Positions 39,185-49,094 of a stretch of 64,000 nt of DNA are shown piece by piece; the stretch's first letter is position 1, and each line of letters opens with the position of its first letter. The notes under the pieces were generated by a model. The model was not told the DNA's origin. It made no database searches and saw only the letters and a program-made list of their open reading frames with translations. A program made the position numbers and the translations under genes. The DNA comes from an uncultured archaeon (lineage in GTDB: Archaea > Asgardarchaeota > Heimdallarchaeia > Heimdallarchaeales > Heimdallarchaeaceae). Where the stretch lies: positions 11,805 to 75,804 of the forward strand of contig CAZJUB010000006.1 in assembly GCA_964549075.1 (NCBI GenBank). Direction: 5' to 3'.

Positions 39185-40192
39185 TTGCATATGCCGGATG
39201 GAATACTCCCTCTTGAACAAGCAGCTATTTATTTGACAATTTCAATTGTAATTATAGGTATTGCTGTTTGGCAAAGTAAGAAAAAATTAAGTGCTAAACA
39301 AATACCTATCATAGGTGTGCTAGCAGCTGGTTTATTTGCTGCTCAAATGTTTAATTTTCCAGCTATAGGAGGTACAAGTGGACATCTGATTGGAACCACT
39401 TTGGCTACTGTTTTGGTTGGACCTTGGGTAGCTATTTTAATACTCTCCTCTGTGTTAATTGTGCAAGCTATGTTTGGTGATGGTGGTTTCTTAGCTTATG
39501 GAGCTAATGTTCTTAATATGGCAATAATTGGGGCAATAATTACAATAGCCTTATTTTACTTGCTTCCTAGTAAATGGAGGGACAATAAAACAGCTTATTC
39601 TATTTTTGCAGGAATAGCTGGATATGTTTCTACTGTAGTTATGGCTTTTGCTGCATCTGTTGAGCTTGTCCTAGCTAAAGCAGGCTCACCAGCTGTTATT
39701 TTCACCTCAATGTTGACCGCTCATGCTTTTATTGGTGCGATGGAAGCTGTTATTACATTTGCTGTTGTCTTTTTCCTATTCAAAGTAGACACTTCAATTT
39801 TTCAAACAGCAAAAACCATTACTTATGGTGAAATTCAAGTGGACGAATTAAAACCTCAGTTTAAATTTCCAATATGGGCGGTAGTAACTTCTGTAGGTAT
39901 TTTTGTTTTAATGTCAGTGTTAGGCTTTGTTCTACCACTTGTTGGAGGAGATAACCCTGATGGATTAGAAGCTACCCTAGAGCAAATTTGGATACATGGA
40001 TCGGACTATACAACTCCAATTTTTAACTTCCCAGAAGGTTTTGGATGGGAGATTTTGCAGATGGCTATTTTGATGGTTATATTATTCGTTTTTCTAGTAA
40101 CTGTAAGTTTTTTGATTTATAGGCTAAGAATTTTTCAATTTAATAGACATCATGAATCTGCTAAGTTAGCTTTAGAAGAAGAAAAGAGTTAA
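39185..40192 (+). CDS. nikM: Ni/Co ECF transporter S component, NikMN/CbiMN fusion
   Basis: MHMPDG N-terminus if TTG 39185 is the start. FAAQMFNFP..GGTSGH, GDGG..A.GAN, and a C-terminal PDGLE (NikN) motif. Confidence 0.9.
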   Translation: MHMPDGILPLEQAAIYLTISIVIIGIAVWQSKKKLSAKQIPIIGVLAAGLFAAQMFNFPAIGGTSGHLIGTTLATVLVGPWVAILILSSVLIVQAMFGDGGFLAYGANVLNMAIIGAIITIALFYLLPSKWRDNKTAYSIFAGIAGYVSTVVMAFAASVELVLAKAGSPAVIFTSMLTAHAFIGAMEAVITFAVVFFLFKVDTSIFQTAKTITYGEIQVDELKPQFKFPIWAVVTSVGIFVLMSVLGFVLPLVGGDNPDGLEATLEQIWIHGSDYTTPIFNFPEGFGWEILQMAILMVILFVFLVTVSFLIYRLRIFQFNRHHESAKLALEEEKS

Positions 40193-40218
40193 AATGTAAC
40201 AATTTACTTATACAAACA

Positions 40219-41025
40219 ATGGCAAAGTCATATTTTCTTCTACCATTTAGAGAGACAAGGAATGAATTTAAATTTTTATCTCCCTTAGCTTTGTTAATTT
40301 TGACTTTAATGACCATTATACTTATGATGGTCTCAGAAATTTTTATAGAAGATTATTTGATTTTAATTCTAAGCATAATTATACTTTATATTATCTCATT
40401 TATTGTGCTAATTTTCTTAAGAGCTTCATTTTTAAGAACTGTAAAATTTGTTTTGGCTGCTTCTATTCTGATTTTTTTCATAGGTATACCTAGCTTTTTT
40501 CTTCAAATAGGAGATGTAATGTATTCAGTAAAAATTGGTAACCACATCCTGAATTTATATCTAGATGGAATTATGAAAGCTGTTTTAATTTGGTTAAGAG
40601 GAATTCTCTCTGTTTCACTTATAACTCTCTATTCGACTACTATTACAATGCAAGAATTTATTCAAGGACTTAGAGGGCTTTTTGTGCCGAACATAATGGT
40701 GACTATAATTCTACTAATTTTACGATATGCACCATTATTCTTTCAACAAGGAGCAGAAATAAGTGTTGCTCAGAAATTAAGGGGTCTAGAATATGCACCA
40801 AGAAAAAGAAAAATTGCAGCAGCTGGAGCTCTCATAGGAGGGACACTTATTCGTTCAATAAGTAGAGGGAATGAAGTTTATGAAGCAATGGTGATGAGGG
40901 GAATGGAAGAATCTTTTCTTGTTAGAAGAGAAGAAATCAAAATTTTAGATCCAATAATCCTACTAGTAATAACAGTAGTTTTGAGCTTAGTAAGTGGAGG
41001 AATACTCAAATGCATCATGAAATAG
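40219..41025 (+). CDS. cbiQ: ECF transporter T component (CbiQ/NikQ)
   Basis: LRY.P.F, AQKLRG and VYEAMVMRG. Confidence 0.88.
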   Translation: MAKSYFLLPFRETRNEFKFLSPLALLILTLMTIILMMVSEIFIEDYLILILSIIILYIISFIVLIFLRASFLRTVKFVLAASILIFFIGIPSFFLQIGDVMYSVKIGNHILNLYLDGIMKAVLIWLRGILSVSLITLYSTTITMQEFIQGLRGLFVPNIMVTIILLILRYAPLFFQQGAEISVAQKLRGLEYAPRKRKIAAAGALIGGTLIRSISRGNEVYEAMVMRGMEESFLVRREEIKILDPIILLVITVVLSLVSGGILKCIMK

Positions 41026-41729
41026 AGTTTGAAAACGTTTTCTTTGAATATCCTGATAAATCATTTTCACTACAAAATCTTAATTTCACCATACCAATAG
41101 GTGAGAAGTTTGCAATTTGTGGAAGAAATGGAGCGGGAAAAACAACTTTACTTCGACTTTTAATGGGATTAGATTTTCATCAGAAAGGTAAAATCCAAGT
41201 ACAAGAACTTATTTTAGATAAGAATACAATTAAAGAAATAAGAAAGCGAGTAGGATTTGTTTTTCAAAATCCTGATTCTCAAGTATTTTCTGCTAGTGTA
41301 TATGAAGACATTGCTTTTGGCCCAAGAAATTTAGGTTTAACCGAAGAAGAGGTTGATAAAAAAGTTGAATATGCACTTGAAGTGGTTGATATGTTAGAAT
41401 ATAAGGATTATTCTCCATATAATCTATCTTTTGGACAAAGAAAAAGAATAGCAATCGCAGGAGTTTTAGCAATGGATCCAGCAATCATCGTTTTAGATGA
41501 ACCTTTTGCAAATCTAGATTATCCATCACGAAAATCATTACAAAAATTATTAGAAAAAGATGTGATAGAAGAAGGTAAGACATTAGTATTTACCAGTCAT
41601 TCAAGAAAACTGATTCAGGAATGGGCAGATGAAGTTCTATTTCTTGACAAAGGAAAAAAATTATACTCCGGAAGAGCTGAAGAATTATCGAAAATAAATC
41701 AAACAGAACAATTTCTTGGACCAATTTAA
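41010..41729 (+). CDS. cbiO: ECF transporter ATPase (CbiO/NikO)
   Basis: GRNGAGKT, VFQNPDSQ, LSFGQ and LDEP. Confidence 0.92.
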   Translation: MHHEIEFENVFFEYPDKSFSLQNLNFTIPIGEKFAICGRNGAGKTTLLRLLMGLDFHQKGKIQVQELILDKNTIKEIRKRVGFVFQNPDSQVFSASVYEDIAFGPRNLGLTEEEVDKKVEYALEVVDMLEYKDYSPYNLSFGQRKRIAIAGVLAMDPAIIVLDEPFANLDYPSRKSLQKLLEKDVIEEGKTLVFTSHSRKLIQEWADEVLFLDKGKKLYSGRAEELSKINQTEQFLGPI

Positions 41730-42160
41730 CTGCTGTATTTTTGAATAACTTCAGTATACAGGGCTTGGCATCTTTCTTCTGTTAGATTATTTATAGCAGA
41801 TTGCATCCTTTCAGCAATTCTACGGATTAATACATTTAATTTACTCTTTATTTCTTCAGTTGATAAACTAGAATAAATGTACTTGAAACCACCTCTATCA
41901 AGATTAATTTTGGTCTTTTTAACAAAACCAATACCCATTAATCTTTGAATAGAACGTGTAATGGTTGCTCGATCTTTTGGAATAATTGTACCAATTGTTT
42001 TAATATCAACAGGTTGAGAGTGTTTAATACACATCATAACTTCAAGCTCATTTTCTGAAAGAGCATAAGTAACCTTGATGATATCAAAACAAGTTAATTC
42101 TTCGCTATCAAAGGAAGAGAGAGAAAAAGACATTAGTATCACCTTAGAAAGTAAATACAA
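41726..42160 (-). CDS. Winged-HTH transcriptional regulator (TrmB/MarR-like, COG3355 type)
   Basis: C.DII...Y.LSE.E, DRATI.RS.QRL...G.V and GGFKYIY. Last gene of the sulfur operon. Confidence 0.8.
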   Translation of the reverse strand: MYLLSKVILMSFSLSSFDSEELTCFDIIKVTYALSENELEVMMCIKHSQPVDIKTIGTIIPKDRATITRSIQRLMGIGFVKKTKINLDRGGFKYIYSSLSTEEIKSKLNVLIRRIAERMQSAINNLTEERCQALYTEVIQKYSS

Positions 42161-42521
42161 GATCTGATTCGAGAGCTTCTGTTACGGCATACATTCCCCC
42201 AACAATATCGTCAACTTCATCTACGAAGTCATCTCGGGTTAGTCCGTATCTTTCAAGAGTCGGACTACATACGAATACTTTTACACCGAATTCTTTAATC
42301 TCGCGTATCAATTCTATATAAGGTTGCTTTCCTTCGGCTGATACAATTCTCTCAGCGTTTCCCTTTTTTAACAATAAACCACCTGACATAGTATATATCA
42401 TCTGTACCTCTGTATCAAGTGTTGCAGACAATGTCGCAAGGTGTATTGGTGGTTCAAGTCTATCAGGAAAATCTTCCCCAAATGTAACCATTATCAAGAC
42501 TTTTTGAGTCATACTTGTCAC
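42144..42521 (-). CDS. DsrE-family protein
   Basis: P...A..., GV...VC..., GG....EA..SD.V.TF. Confidence 0.82.
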   Translation of the reverse strand: MTSMTQKVLIMVTFGEDFPDRLEPPIHLATLSATLDTEVQMIYTMSGGLLLKKGNAERIVSAEGKQPYIELIREIKEFGVKVFVCSPTLERYGLTRDDFVDEVDDIVGGMYAVTEALESDLVFTF

Positions 42522-42995
42522 CTAAATATAAAGAGTAATATCTGCTTCTGATGCAAATTCGAGAAAGGTAGCAGCACCACCAACCTCACATTCATCAATT
42601 AGGTCTTCTCTTTTTATTTTCATAACATCCATAGTCATCTGACATGCTATTAGTTTCACGCCAGCTTCTACAGATAAATCCATTAATTCCTGTAATGTTG
42701 CGACATTAGCTTTCTTCATCCAACCTTTCATCATCATAGTGGCCATTCCAGTCATACCAGGGAGCATTCCTACAATTTGAGGTATAGGCATTGGCATAGC
42801 TGTTTCTCCAGCTGGAGTTATTTTTAATTTCTTTAATTTCTTCTTTTTTAGCATATTAAGTCCAAAGAAAGTAAAGAATATGCTTACATCGTAGTCCATA
42901 GCTGCAGCTGTGCTAGCAAGAATCAGTGGAGGGTAAGCTCCAGCTATATCTGCTTTAGAAGCTATTATTGCTAATCTTTTCTTTTTTTCTGACAT
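42522..42995 (-). CDS. DsrE2/DrsH-like sulfurtransferase (YrkE-like)
   Basis: AYPPLILASTAAAM, FFTFFGL, IACQMTMDVM and GGAATFL. Confidence 0.9.
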   Translation of the reverse strand: MSEKKKRLAIIASKADIAGAYPPLILASTAAAMDYDVSIFFTFFGLNMLKKKKLKKLKITPAGETAMPMPIPQIVGMLPGMTGMATMMMKGWMKKANVATLQELMDLSVEAGVKLIACQMTMDVMKIKREDLIDECEVGGAATFLEFASEADITLYI

Positions 42996-43006
42996 TTTTT
43001 TACCTC

Positions 43007-43246
43007 TTATTTTGTTCGTTCTATTATGTATCTATACACTCCATTATTCTCGGAATGTTCGACAAGTTTATGTCCTGTACTCTTAGACCAAGCTTCAAAA
43101 TCTGTAACAGAACCTGGATCAGTAGCTAGTACTTCTAAGTATTCACCAACTTCTATGGATTCTATTGCTTTTTTTGTCTTAAGAATTGGAAGAGGACAAC
43201 TTAGTTTTTTTGCATCTAATGTTTTGCTTATTTTTATATCTGACAT
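43007..43246 (-). CDS. tusA: TusA/SirA-family sulfur carrier
   Basis: LDA..LSCPLPI.KTKKA and ATDPGS..DF.AW. Start ATG 43246 with GGTGA SD. Confidence 0.92.
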   Translation of the reverse strand: MSDIKISKTLDAKKLSCPLPILKTKKAIESIEVGEYLEVLATDPGSVTDFEAWSKSTGHKLVEHSENNGVYRYIIERTK

Positions 43247-43256
43247 TTTTTTCACC

Positions 43257-44399
43257 TTATAAGTATCCTTTAATTAAAAGTCTGAAATAGATAAGTTTGA
43301 AGACTTTTTTGAATAATCCGAAAAGCAAAGTGCTATGTAATCCATATGCCAATGGAGGATGTGAATAATTAAAATGTAGCAACATTGATTTTCTGAAAGA
43401 TGTCACTATGAAACATATTGTCAATCCTTTGTATTTTGCTTTAGGTTCTTTTCCTTTAATTTCAGATACAAGGTTTTTAACCAAAATATTTGAAGAGAAA
43501 TGAGCTACAGCTCCAGATTTGGATACTGGTAAATCTGTTCCATCTCCTAAAGCATAGATGTACTCGTATTCTTTGTGTTTCAAAGTATATCTGTCTGTTT
43601 TTATCCATCCTTCTTTATCACCAAGACCTGAATTAATGATAATATCGTGTCCGACATGAGGAGGTACTATTACCAAACCAGTATATTCAATTTCCTCACC
43701 TTCTAATGAGTAAACTGTGTTTTTTTCTTTGTCTACATGATCATAATTAAAGAAGGGAGTAAATTCAATTCCTCGTTTTTCGAACAATTTCTCAACTTTT
43801 TTAGCAGGCTCTACCATTGTAAAAGCTCTTGATAGTGGGTAGAGAAATTTTATTGTTGACTTGTCTCTGAGTTTTCTCTTTCGAAGGTATTTATCTAAGA
43901 GAAAAGTGAATTCTATTGGAGCAGGTGGGCATTTGTAAGGGACTGTAGTAGGAGTAATAACAATTGTTCCTCCATTAAACTTTTGGAGTTGTTCTTTCAG
44001 TTTTTTCACTCCGTCAGGAGTGTAAAAATGACATACATTGTCTCCACAAACAGCTCTTATTTTCTCTTCAGCCATTCTTGCTCCTGTAGCTAAGACTAAG
44101 TAATCATAATTGAGCTCTTCTCCATTTTTCAGAAGCAATTTTTTCTTATCTAGTTCAATTTTTGTAGCTTCTGTTCGTAACCAATGAACTCCTCTACCTA
44201 GTAACTTGTTTAAAGGTTTAACCAATTTCGAAAAAGGTTTGTTTGTAAAAGGCCAAAAAACAAAATCTGGTTCGTAGACATTTTCTTCTTTAGGTTCAAT
44301 AAGTATAACTTTTGAATCAAGTCTTTTAGTTTTTCTTGCTAAATGATTGGCAGTAGCAATACCTGAAAATCCTCCACCAAGAACTACAATTTTCTTCAT
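43257..44399 (-). CDS. sqr: Sulfide:quinone oxidoreductase-like flavoprotein
   Basis: GGGFSG FAD motif, YDYLVLATG, CHFY, YKCPPAPIE, ALGD...PVSKSG and ICFIV (three conserved Cys). Confidence 0.85.
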   Translation of the reverse strand: MKKIVVLGGGFSGIATANHLARKTKRLDSKVILIEPKEENVYEPDFVFWPFTNKPFSKLVKPLNKLLGRGVHWLRTEATKIELDKKKLLLKNGEELNYDYLVLATGARMAEEKIRAVCGDNVCHFYTPDGVKKLKEQLQKFNGGTIVITPTTVPYKCPPAPIEFTFLLDKYLRKRKLRDKSTIKFLYPLSRAFTMVEPAKKVEKLFEKRGIEFTPFFNYDHVDKEKNTVYSLEGEEIEYTGLVIVPPHVGHDIIINSGLGDKEGWIKTDRYTLKHKEYEYIYALGDGTDLPVSKSGAVAHFSSNILVKNLVSEIKGKEPKAKYKGLTICFIVTSFRKSMLLHFNYSHPPLAYGLHSTLLFGLFKKVFKLIYFRLLIKGYL

Positions 44400-44408
44400 T
44401 TATATACC

Positions 44409-44648
44409 TCAGCGGAGTTTCTTGATAATATAACGATCATAACCGTCTTCATAGATTATCTCAATAAGTTCATGTTGAGCTTTTTTCAACCATGCAGGTA
44501 CATCATTTCGAGTACCTTCATCTGAACTTAAGAGGGCAAGAATGTCTCCTACCTCAGCTTGTCTAATAGCTTTGATAAGTTCCATCATAGGTCCAGGACA
44601 AAAAGTACCACGAGCATCAACTTCTATAGCATTATCGTATTCAGTCAT
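44409..44648 (-). CDS. tusA: TusA/SirA-family sulfur carrier
   Basis: VDARGTFCPGPMMELI and SSD.GT..D.PAW. Confidence 0.92.
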   Translation of the reverse strand: MTEYDNAIEVDARGTFCPGPMMELIKAIRQAEVGDILALLSSDEGTRNDVPAWLKKAQHELIEIIYEDGYDRYIIKKLR

Positions 44649-44689
44649 AATTCACACTTGCTTTCGATTATGACACAGATATGCACAAC

Positions 44690-44710
44690 CCGTTTTTAAG
44701 GCTTTTTCTC
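44690..44710 (-). promoter_or_regulatory. Putative BRE/TATA for the sulfur-relay operon
   Basis: Minus strand reads GAGAAAAAGCCTTAAAAAC about 45 nt upstream of the first tusA start. Confidence 0.4.
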
Positions 44711-44813
44711 TGGCTAAAAATTTTAGAAAGAAAAAGAGGCTTTACAGAAATATTCATCTTTTGTGCAGTTAAGACTAGTGAGATTTATTAAGGGATGCAA
44801 TAACCTTTTGATA

Positions 44814-46481
44814 ATGAGAAGAAAAGCATCAGCTTTGATTTTGCTATTCATTCTATTAAATTTTCAATTTATGAATGATATAATTAATTCTTCACCGGCT
44901 TTTAGAGAAAAACTTCAAGGTGATGAACAATATGTTTGGTTTTGGCATGAATTAGCTGATGCTCCTGGTCCAATCAATGGGGAGGATGTTGTATATTGGG
45001 GAGAGGATCTTGGTCCTTATCATAATTATACAGAGATGACCTCCAAATTATTCCTCTTAAGCTCCTTCTATCCTGAATTAGTTGATGTTTTTTCTATAGG
45101 ACAAACTTATCGAGGTAGAGAGATATGGTGTGTGCGTATTACAAATAAGACTATTACAACTGCAAAAACTGAGTATTATATTGTTGGTGCTCATCATGCA
45201 CGAGAAATGATTTCTGTAGAAACTTGTTTATATTTTATTGACTATCTTGTCTATTATTCTTCTTTTGGCATGTTTGACAATTTATTATCAAAATCAGAAA
45301 TTTATGTTGTCCCGATGCTGAATCCAGATGGTTTATCCATAATGTATTTCTTTCCAGAACAAAGGAAGAATCTCGATCCTATAGATGATGACAACGATGG
45401 TGTGAATGACACTAACGGTGACGGTTTTCTGGATGATGAGCTTGAGAGAACCTATTATTGGGACTATCTAACCAATACTTCAGCGATAAGAGAACATGAT
45501 GATGATGGAGATCTGCAAATTGCAGAAGATCTTCCTGGAGGTGTTGACCTTAATCGTAATTATGGCGCTTACTGGAATGGTACAGGTTCTTCAACAATCA
45601 AAATCGATCCTACTTATAGAGGAGAATCACCTTTTAGTGAGTTAGAAACTCAAGCTATGAGAGAATTTATGCGAGAACATTCTTTCAATTTTGCGGTGAG
45701 TCTTCATAGTGGGATTAAAGCGATTATCCCTCCATGGGCTCATAATGGAACCTTGCCTTATAAAGATAAAACTGAGTATAATGCTCTTTTAGGGGAGCTC
45801 AAAACAACTCTTTCTTACCCTCTTTGGAATGAGTCAGGTATGTATACTTCTAATGGCGCGTGGGACGATTATTGTTATGCAAACCATGATATTACTAGTT
45901 TTACGTTTGAAGTTTATGGATCCACTTGGACTGGCTCTTGGTTTGACTATTATAATCCTGCTGGATCAGGAATACTTTCTGTATGCGAACAAGTCTATGA
46001 TGGTCTTATCTACATGGCTAATGAACCCAGGTTAACTTATTCTAACAATTTACCAAGTATAGAAGTTTCTAATCCTTCAAGAGTTAATCAAGTTTTTGAA
46101 AATTACACTATTAGATGGACTATGTCAGATGCTGATGATGATTCTCTTAATTGCTCAGTTTTTGCTTCAACAAATGGATTGAATTGGGATGTTATTGCGA
46201 CTAACATTATTGATGAGTCTTCATATTTCTGGGATGTGCAAGATGTTTCACCAGGTTCTTATTATATCAAAGTAGCTGTTTCTGATGGTAAGGATTGGAT
46301 AGCTGATACAAATGAAATCAAACTAAATGTCAATCAAGAAGTAGAAAGTTCTAGATTTGCTTTCTGGATTTTAGCTTCTATTTTTGGAGGTCTAGCAGCA
46401 ATTTATCTGTTTTTCAATATTCGAAAATCAAAGGGAATAAGTAAAGTCTGGGGACCAGAACCTTATGATGAAAAGGAATAA
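44814..46481 (+). CDS. Secreted, membrane-anchored M14 zinc carboxypeptidase
   Basis: Signal-like MRRKASALILLFILL (start 44814), HHARE, NPDG, GVDLNRN, SLHS and FEV. DxDxDG Ca-binding inserts, an Ig-like domain and a C-terminal TM helix. Confidence 0.9.
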   Translation: MRRKASALILLFILLNFQFMNDIINSSPAFREKLQGDEQYVWFWHELADAPGPINGEDVVYWGEDLGPYHNYTEMTSKLFLLSSFYPELVDVFSIGQTYRGREIWCVRITNKTITTAKTEYYIVGAHHAREMISVETCLYFIDYLVYYSSFGMFDNLLSKSEIYVVPMLNPDGLSIMYFFPEQRKNLDPIDDDNDGVNDTNGDGFLDDELERTYYWDYLTNTSAIREHDDDGDLQIAEDLPGGVDLNRNYGAYWNGTGSSTIKIDPTYRGESPFSELETQAMREFMREHSFNFAVSLHSGIKAIIPPWAHNGTLPYKDKTEYNALLGELKTTLSYPLWNESGMYTSNGAWDDYCYANHDITSFTFEVYGSTWTGSWFDYYNPAGSGILSVCEQVYDGLIYMANEPRLTYSNNLPSIEVSNPSRVNQVFENYTIRWTMSDADDDSLNCSVFASTNGLNWDVIATNIIDESSYFWDVQDVSPGSYYIKVAVSDGKDWIADTNEIKLNVNQEVESSRFAFWILASIFGGLAAIYLFFNIRKSKGISKVWGPEPYDEKE

Positions 46482-46582
46482 AATGAATTAGACTCAGAAA
46501 GATTACCTGAACAACAACTGTAACAAGTTTTTTAAAACAAAGAAGGTTATATAATTATTAGGAATGGTACGGGGGTACGATT

Positions 46583-47731
46583 GTGATAGACCCAGTTTAT
46601 GTTATACTAAAGTATGTTGTTGCAGGTGCATTGTTTGTAGGCGGCTTTAGTGCTATTTACTGGGGGAGAAAAAGGCAAAATCCATTCTATTTATTTTGGT
46701 CGTTGTTTCTGATTGCATATGGTATTTTTCAAATCGTTGACGGATTAAATTACCATTTTGGAGTAATAGACAAATTTTACGGTAATTCATCGAGTACTGT
46801 TGTGCCAACAGATTTTCTTCTATTTAGAATACTTATGGTAACTCAAGCTATAGCTTTCATATTGTTGTTTGCTGCGAGTCTGGAGCAATCAATGCTTGTT
46901 CCTCCTAGAGCTAGCAGGATAGTTGCTGCAAGTTTGACTGTTCTTGTATTGTATTTTGTTGTTATCCCTCTTGATGATACTGTCTTAATGTTCGGTTCTT
47001 TAGAAATTCAGATTTATAGTGTTCTTACAACCGAATTTTATGGTTTTATCTTTGGTTTTATAGTGCTTTGTAGTGCTTTATTACTGATTGTTGTAGTCGT
47101 ACGATATGCTAAAATGTATATTGCATCAAACAATAGACGTATCTTCTGGAAAATGATTATCACTATCTTATTAGCAATATTGTTGATTGGGTTAGCATTC
47201 TTAACAACAGTAAAACGCAAAGTTAGTGCGAATGGAATGAATCCGGAATCTTTTGCAATATTTGAAATTGTTTACTCCTTTGTAGTTGTATCAGTTGTTT
47301 CTATCTACCAAAGCCAATCTGTATCTCATGGTATTGAGACAATCTTAATAGTTGATAAAGAAGGAAATCCGCTTTTAGGATATTCACCATTTAAAAAGAA
47401 AGTAATTTCCTTTGAAGAAAAAATCATAGCTGCTTCAGGATATTTGGCTGGTTTATTTCATTTTATTCATGATTATGTTGCTACTGCCTCAGATGAAGAA
47501 TTTAAAGAAATAAAAACTACAGCTTCAACTTTATCGTTTTATTCTGGTGAAAAGGTTTTTATGATACTACAGTCGAAAATTTCAGGCAATTTAGTGGATA
47601 AAAGCACAAAACTTTCTATTTCGGAAATTGACAACATATTAACAGATTTTCAAGCAAATAAGATGCCATCCGAAGATCAAATTCAACAAATTATTGAGAT
47701 TCTGAACAAAAACTTCTATCTCATTTCATGA
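46583..47731 (+). CDS. 7-TM membrane protein with a C-terminal longin/roadblock-like cytoplasmic domain
   Basis: Seven hydrophobic segments, then IETILIVDKEGNPLL...SGYLAGLFHFIHD...EFKEIK. Confidence 0.65.
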   Translation: MIDPVYVILKYVVAGALFVGGFSAIYWGRKRQNPFYLFWSLFLIAYGIFQIVDGLNYHFGVIDKFYGNSSSTVVPTDFLLFRILMVTQAIAFILLFAASLEQSMLVPPRASRIVAASLTVLVLYFVVIPLDDTVLMFGSLEIQIYSVLTTEFYGFIFGFIVLCSALLLIVVVVRYAKMYIASNNRRIFWKMIITILLAILLIGLAFLTTVKRKVSANGMNPESFAIFEIVYSFVVVSVVSIYQSQSVSHGIETILIVDKEGNPLLGYSPFKKKVISFEEKIIAASGYLAGLFHFIHDYVATASDEEFKEIKTTASTLSFYSGEKVFMILQSKISGNLVDKSTKLSISEIDNILTDFQANKMPSEDQIQQIIEILNKNFYLIS

Positions 47732-47771
47732 ATTCACTAAACTTATATCTTAGAACGATTTTATCAATATA

Positions 47772-49088
47772 ATGGCTGATATTGTTTTTGTTGTTGGAAC
47801 AAGACCTGAAATCATCAAAATTGCTCCTTTGATTTTCGAAGCTGAAAGACGAGAGATCAATTATACTATTATCCATACAGGACAACATTATGATTATAAT
47901 ATGTCTGAACAGTTTTTTACTTCTCTCGGAATAAGAAAACCTGACTTAAATCTTAATATCAAAGAAGATGAAGCTTATGATGTCTTAGGTGAAATGATAA
48001 AGAAACTTGGGGCAGCAATCTCTAAAATTAATCCTTCAATTGTTCTTGCATTAGGAGATACAGTTAGTGTTTTAGCTACTTGTCTCGCTTGTGTACAAAA
48101 AGAAATACCTTTTGGCCATCTTGAAGCGGGTCTTAGGTCATATGACTTAACAATGCCAGAAGAGAGAAATAGAAGAATAATAGATAGTATTTCGAGTTTA
48201 TATTTCGCTCCATCTGAAAGAGCAGTTACTAATCTCTATTATGAAGGAATTGATCCCGAGAGAATTTTCTTTACTGGTAATACTATAGTTGATGCAATCA
48301 GGATTTTTAAAGACAGGCTGTCTATTGAAAATACTGAACAAGCAGATGAAATTCTTTCTGAAATTACTAGCAAATTCATTGTTTGTACATTTCATCGTAT
48401 TTCAAATGTAGAAAACAAGAATAATCTTGAAGAAATAGTTTCTTTTTTAGCTAATTATAGCGAAATTCCAATAATCTTTCTTATTCATCCTAGAACAAAA
48501 AAGAAGATTATAGAAATTGGAAAATATGACTTTCTAGAAAAAAATTCTAATCTTCACATTTATGAATCTATTAACTATTTTTCTATTTTAAGAATTCTAA
48601 GTAATGAACGTTGTTTGATGATATTAACTGATTCTGGAGGTTTACAAGAGGAGGCAGCTATTCTTCATAAACCTTGTATAACTCTTCGTCCTAACACTGA
48701 AAGACCTGAAACTGTTTTATATCAAATTAATACCTTAATTCAACCAGAAGGAAAGAGTATCCTCAAGGGAATACAAAGAATATTATCTGAAGACTTTGAA
48801 AATCGATTTAATCAATTTGGAGAACCTTATGGAAAAGGATACGCAAGTAAAAAAATATTGGAAGTTTTAGACACACATAAACATAAGTTACTGTTTGACA
48901 TTCCAATAAATCTTAAACAAGGATCTAAATCTTATCATTTACTTGAGCTAGGATCATCTATGAAGAAGACAGAAATAGAAGATCAATTTTTAAGCAAGAT
49001 TACAGCTGTTTATGATGATTATGGTAATCCTGAAGTAGTTCAAGAAAAAATGAAAAAAGGAAATAGGGTTAGGATTTTGAAAGATTAA
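47772..49088 (+). CDS. wecB: UDP-N-acetylglucosamine 2-epimerase (non-hydrolysing)
   Basis: GTRPE.IK.AP, TGQH, GDT, H.EAGLRS, PEE.NR, TDSGGLQEEA and TERPE. Confidence 0.93.
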   Translation: MADIVFVVGTRPEIIKIAPLIFEAERREINYTIIHTGQHYDYNMSEQFFTSLGIRKPDLNLNIKEDEAYDVLGEMIKKLGAAISKINPSIVLALGDTVSVLATCLACVQKEIPFGHLEAGLRSYDLTMPEERNRRIIDSISSLYFAPSERAVTNLYYEGIDPERIFFTGNTIVDAIRIFKDRLSIENTEQADEILSEITSKFIVCTFHRISNVENKNNLEEIVSFLANYSEIPIIFLIHPRTKKKIIEIGKYDFLEKNSNLHIYESINYFSILRILSNERCLMILTDSGGLQEEAAILHKPCITLRPNTERPETVLYQINTLIQPEGKSILKGIQRILSEDFENRFNQFGEPYGKGYASKKILEVLDTHKHKLLFDIPINLKQGSKSYHLLELGSSMKKTEIEDQFLSKITAVYDDYGNPEVVQEKMKKGNRVRILKD

Positions 49089-49094
49089 GCAATC

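Noticed and set aside
44671-44687. TGACACAGATATGCACA as a palindromic operator for the sulfur operon regulator
   Set aside because: On alignment the arms are not a convincing inverted repeat.
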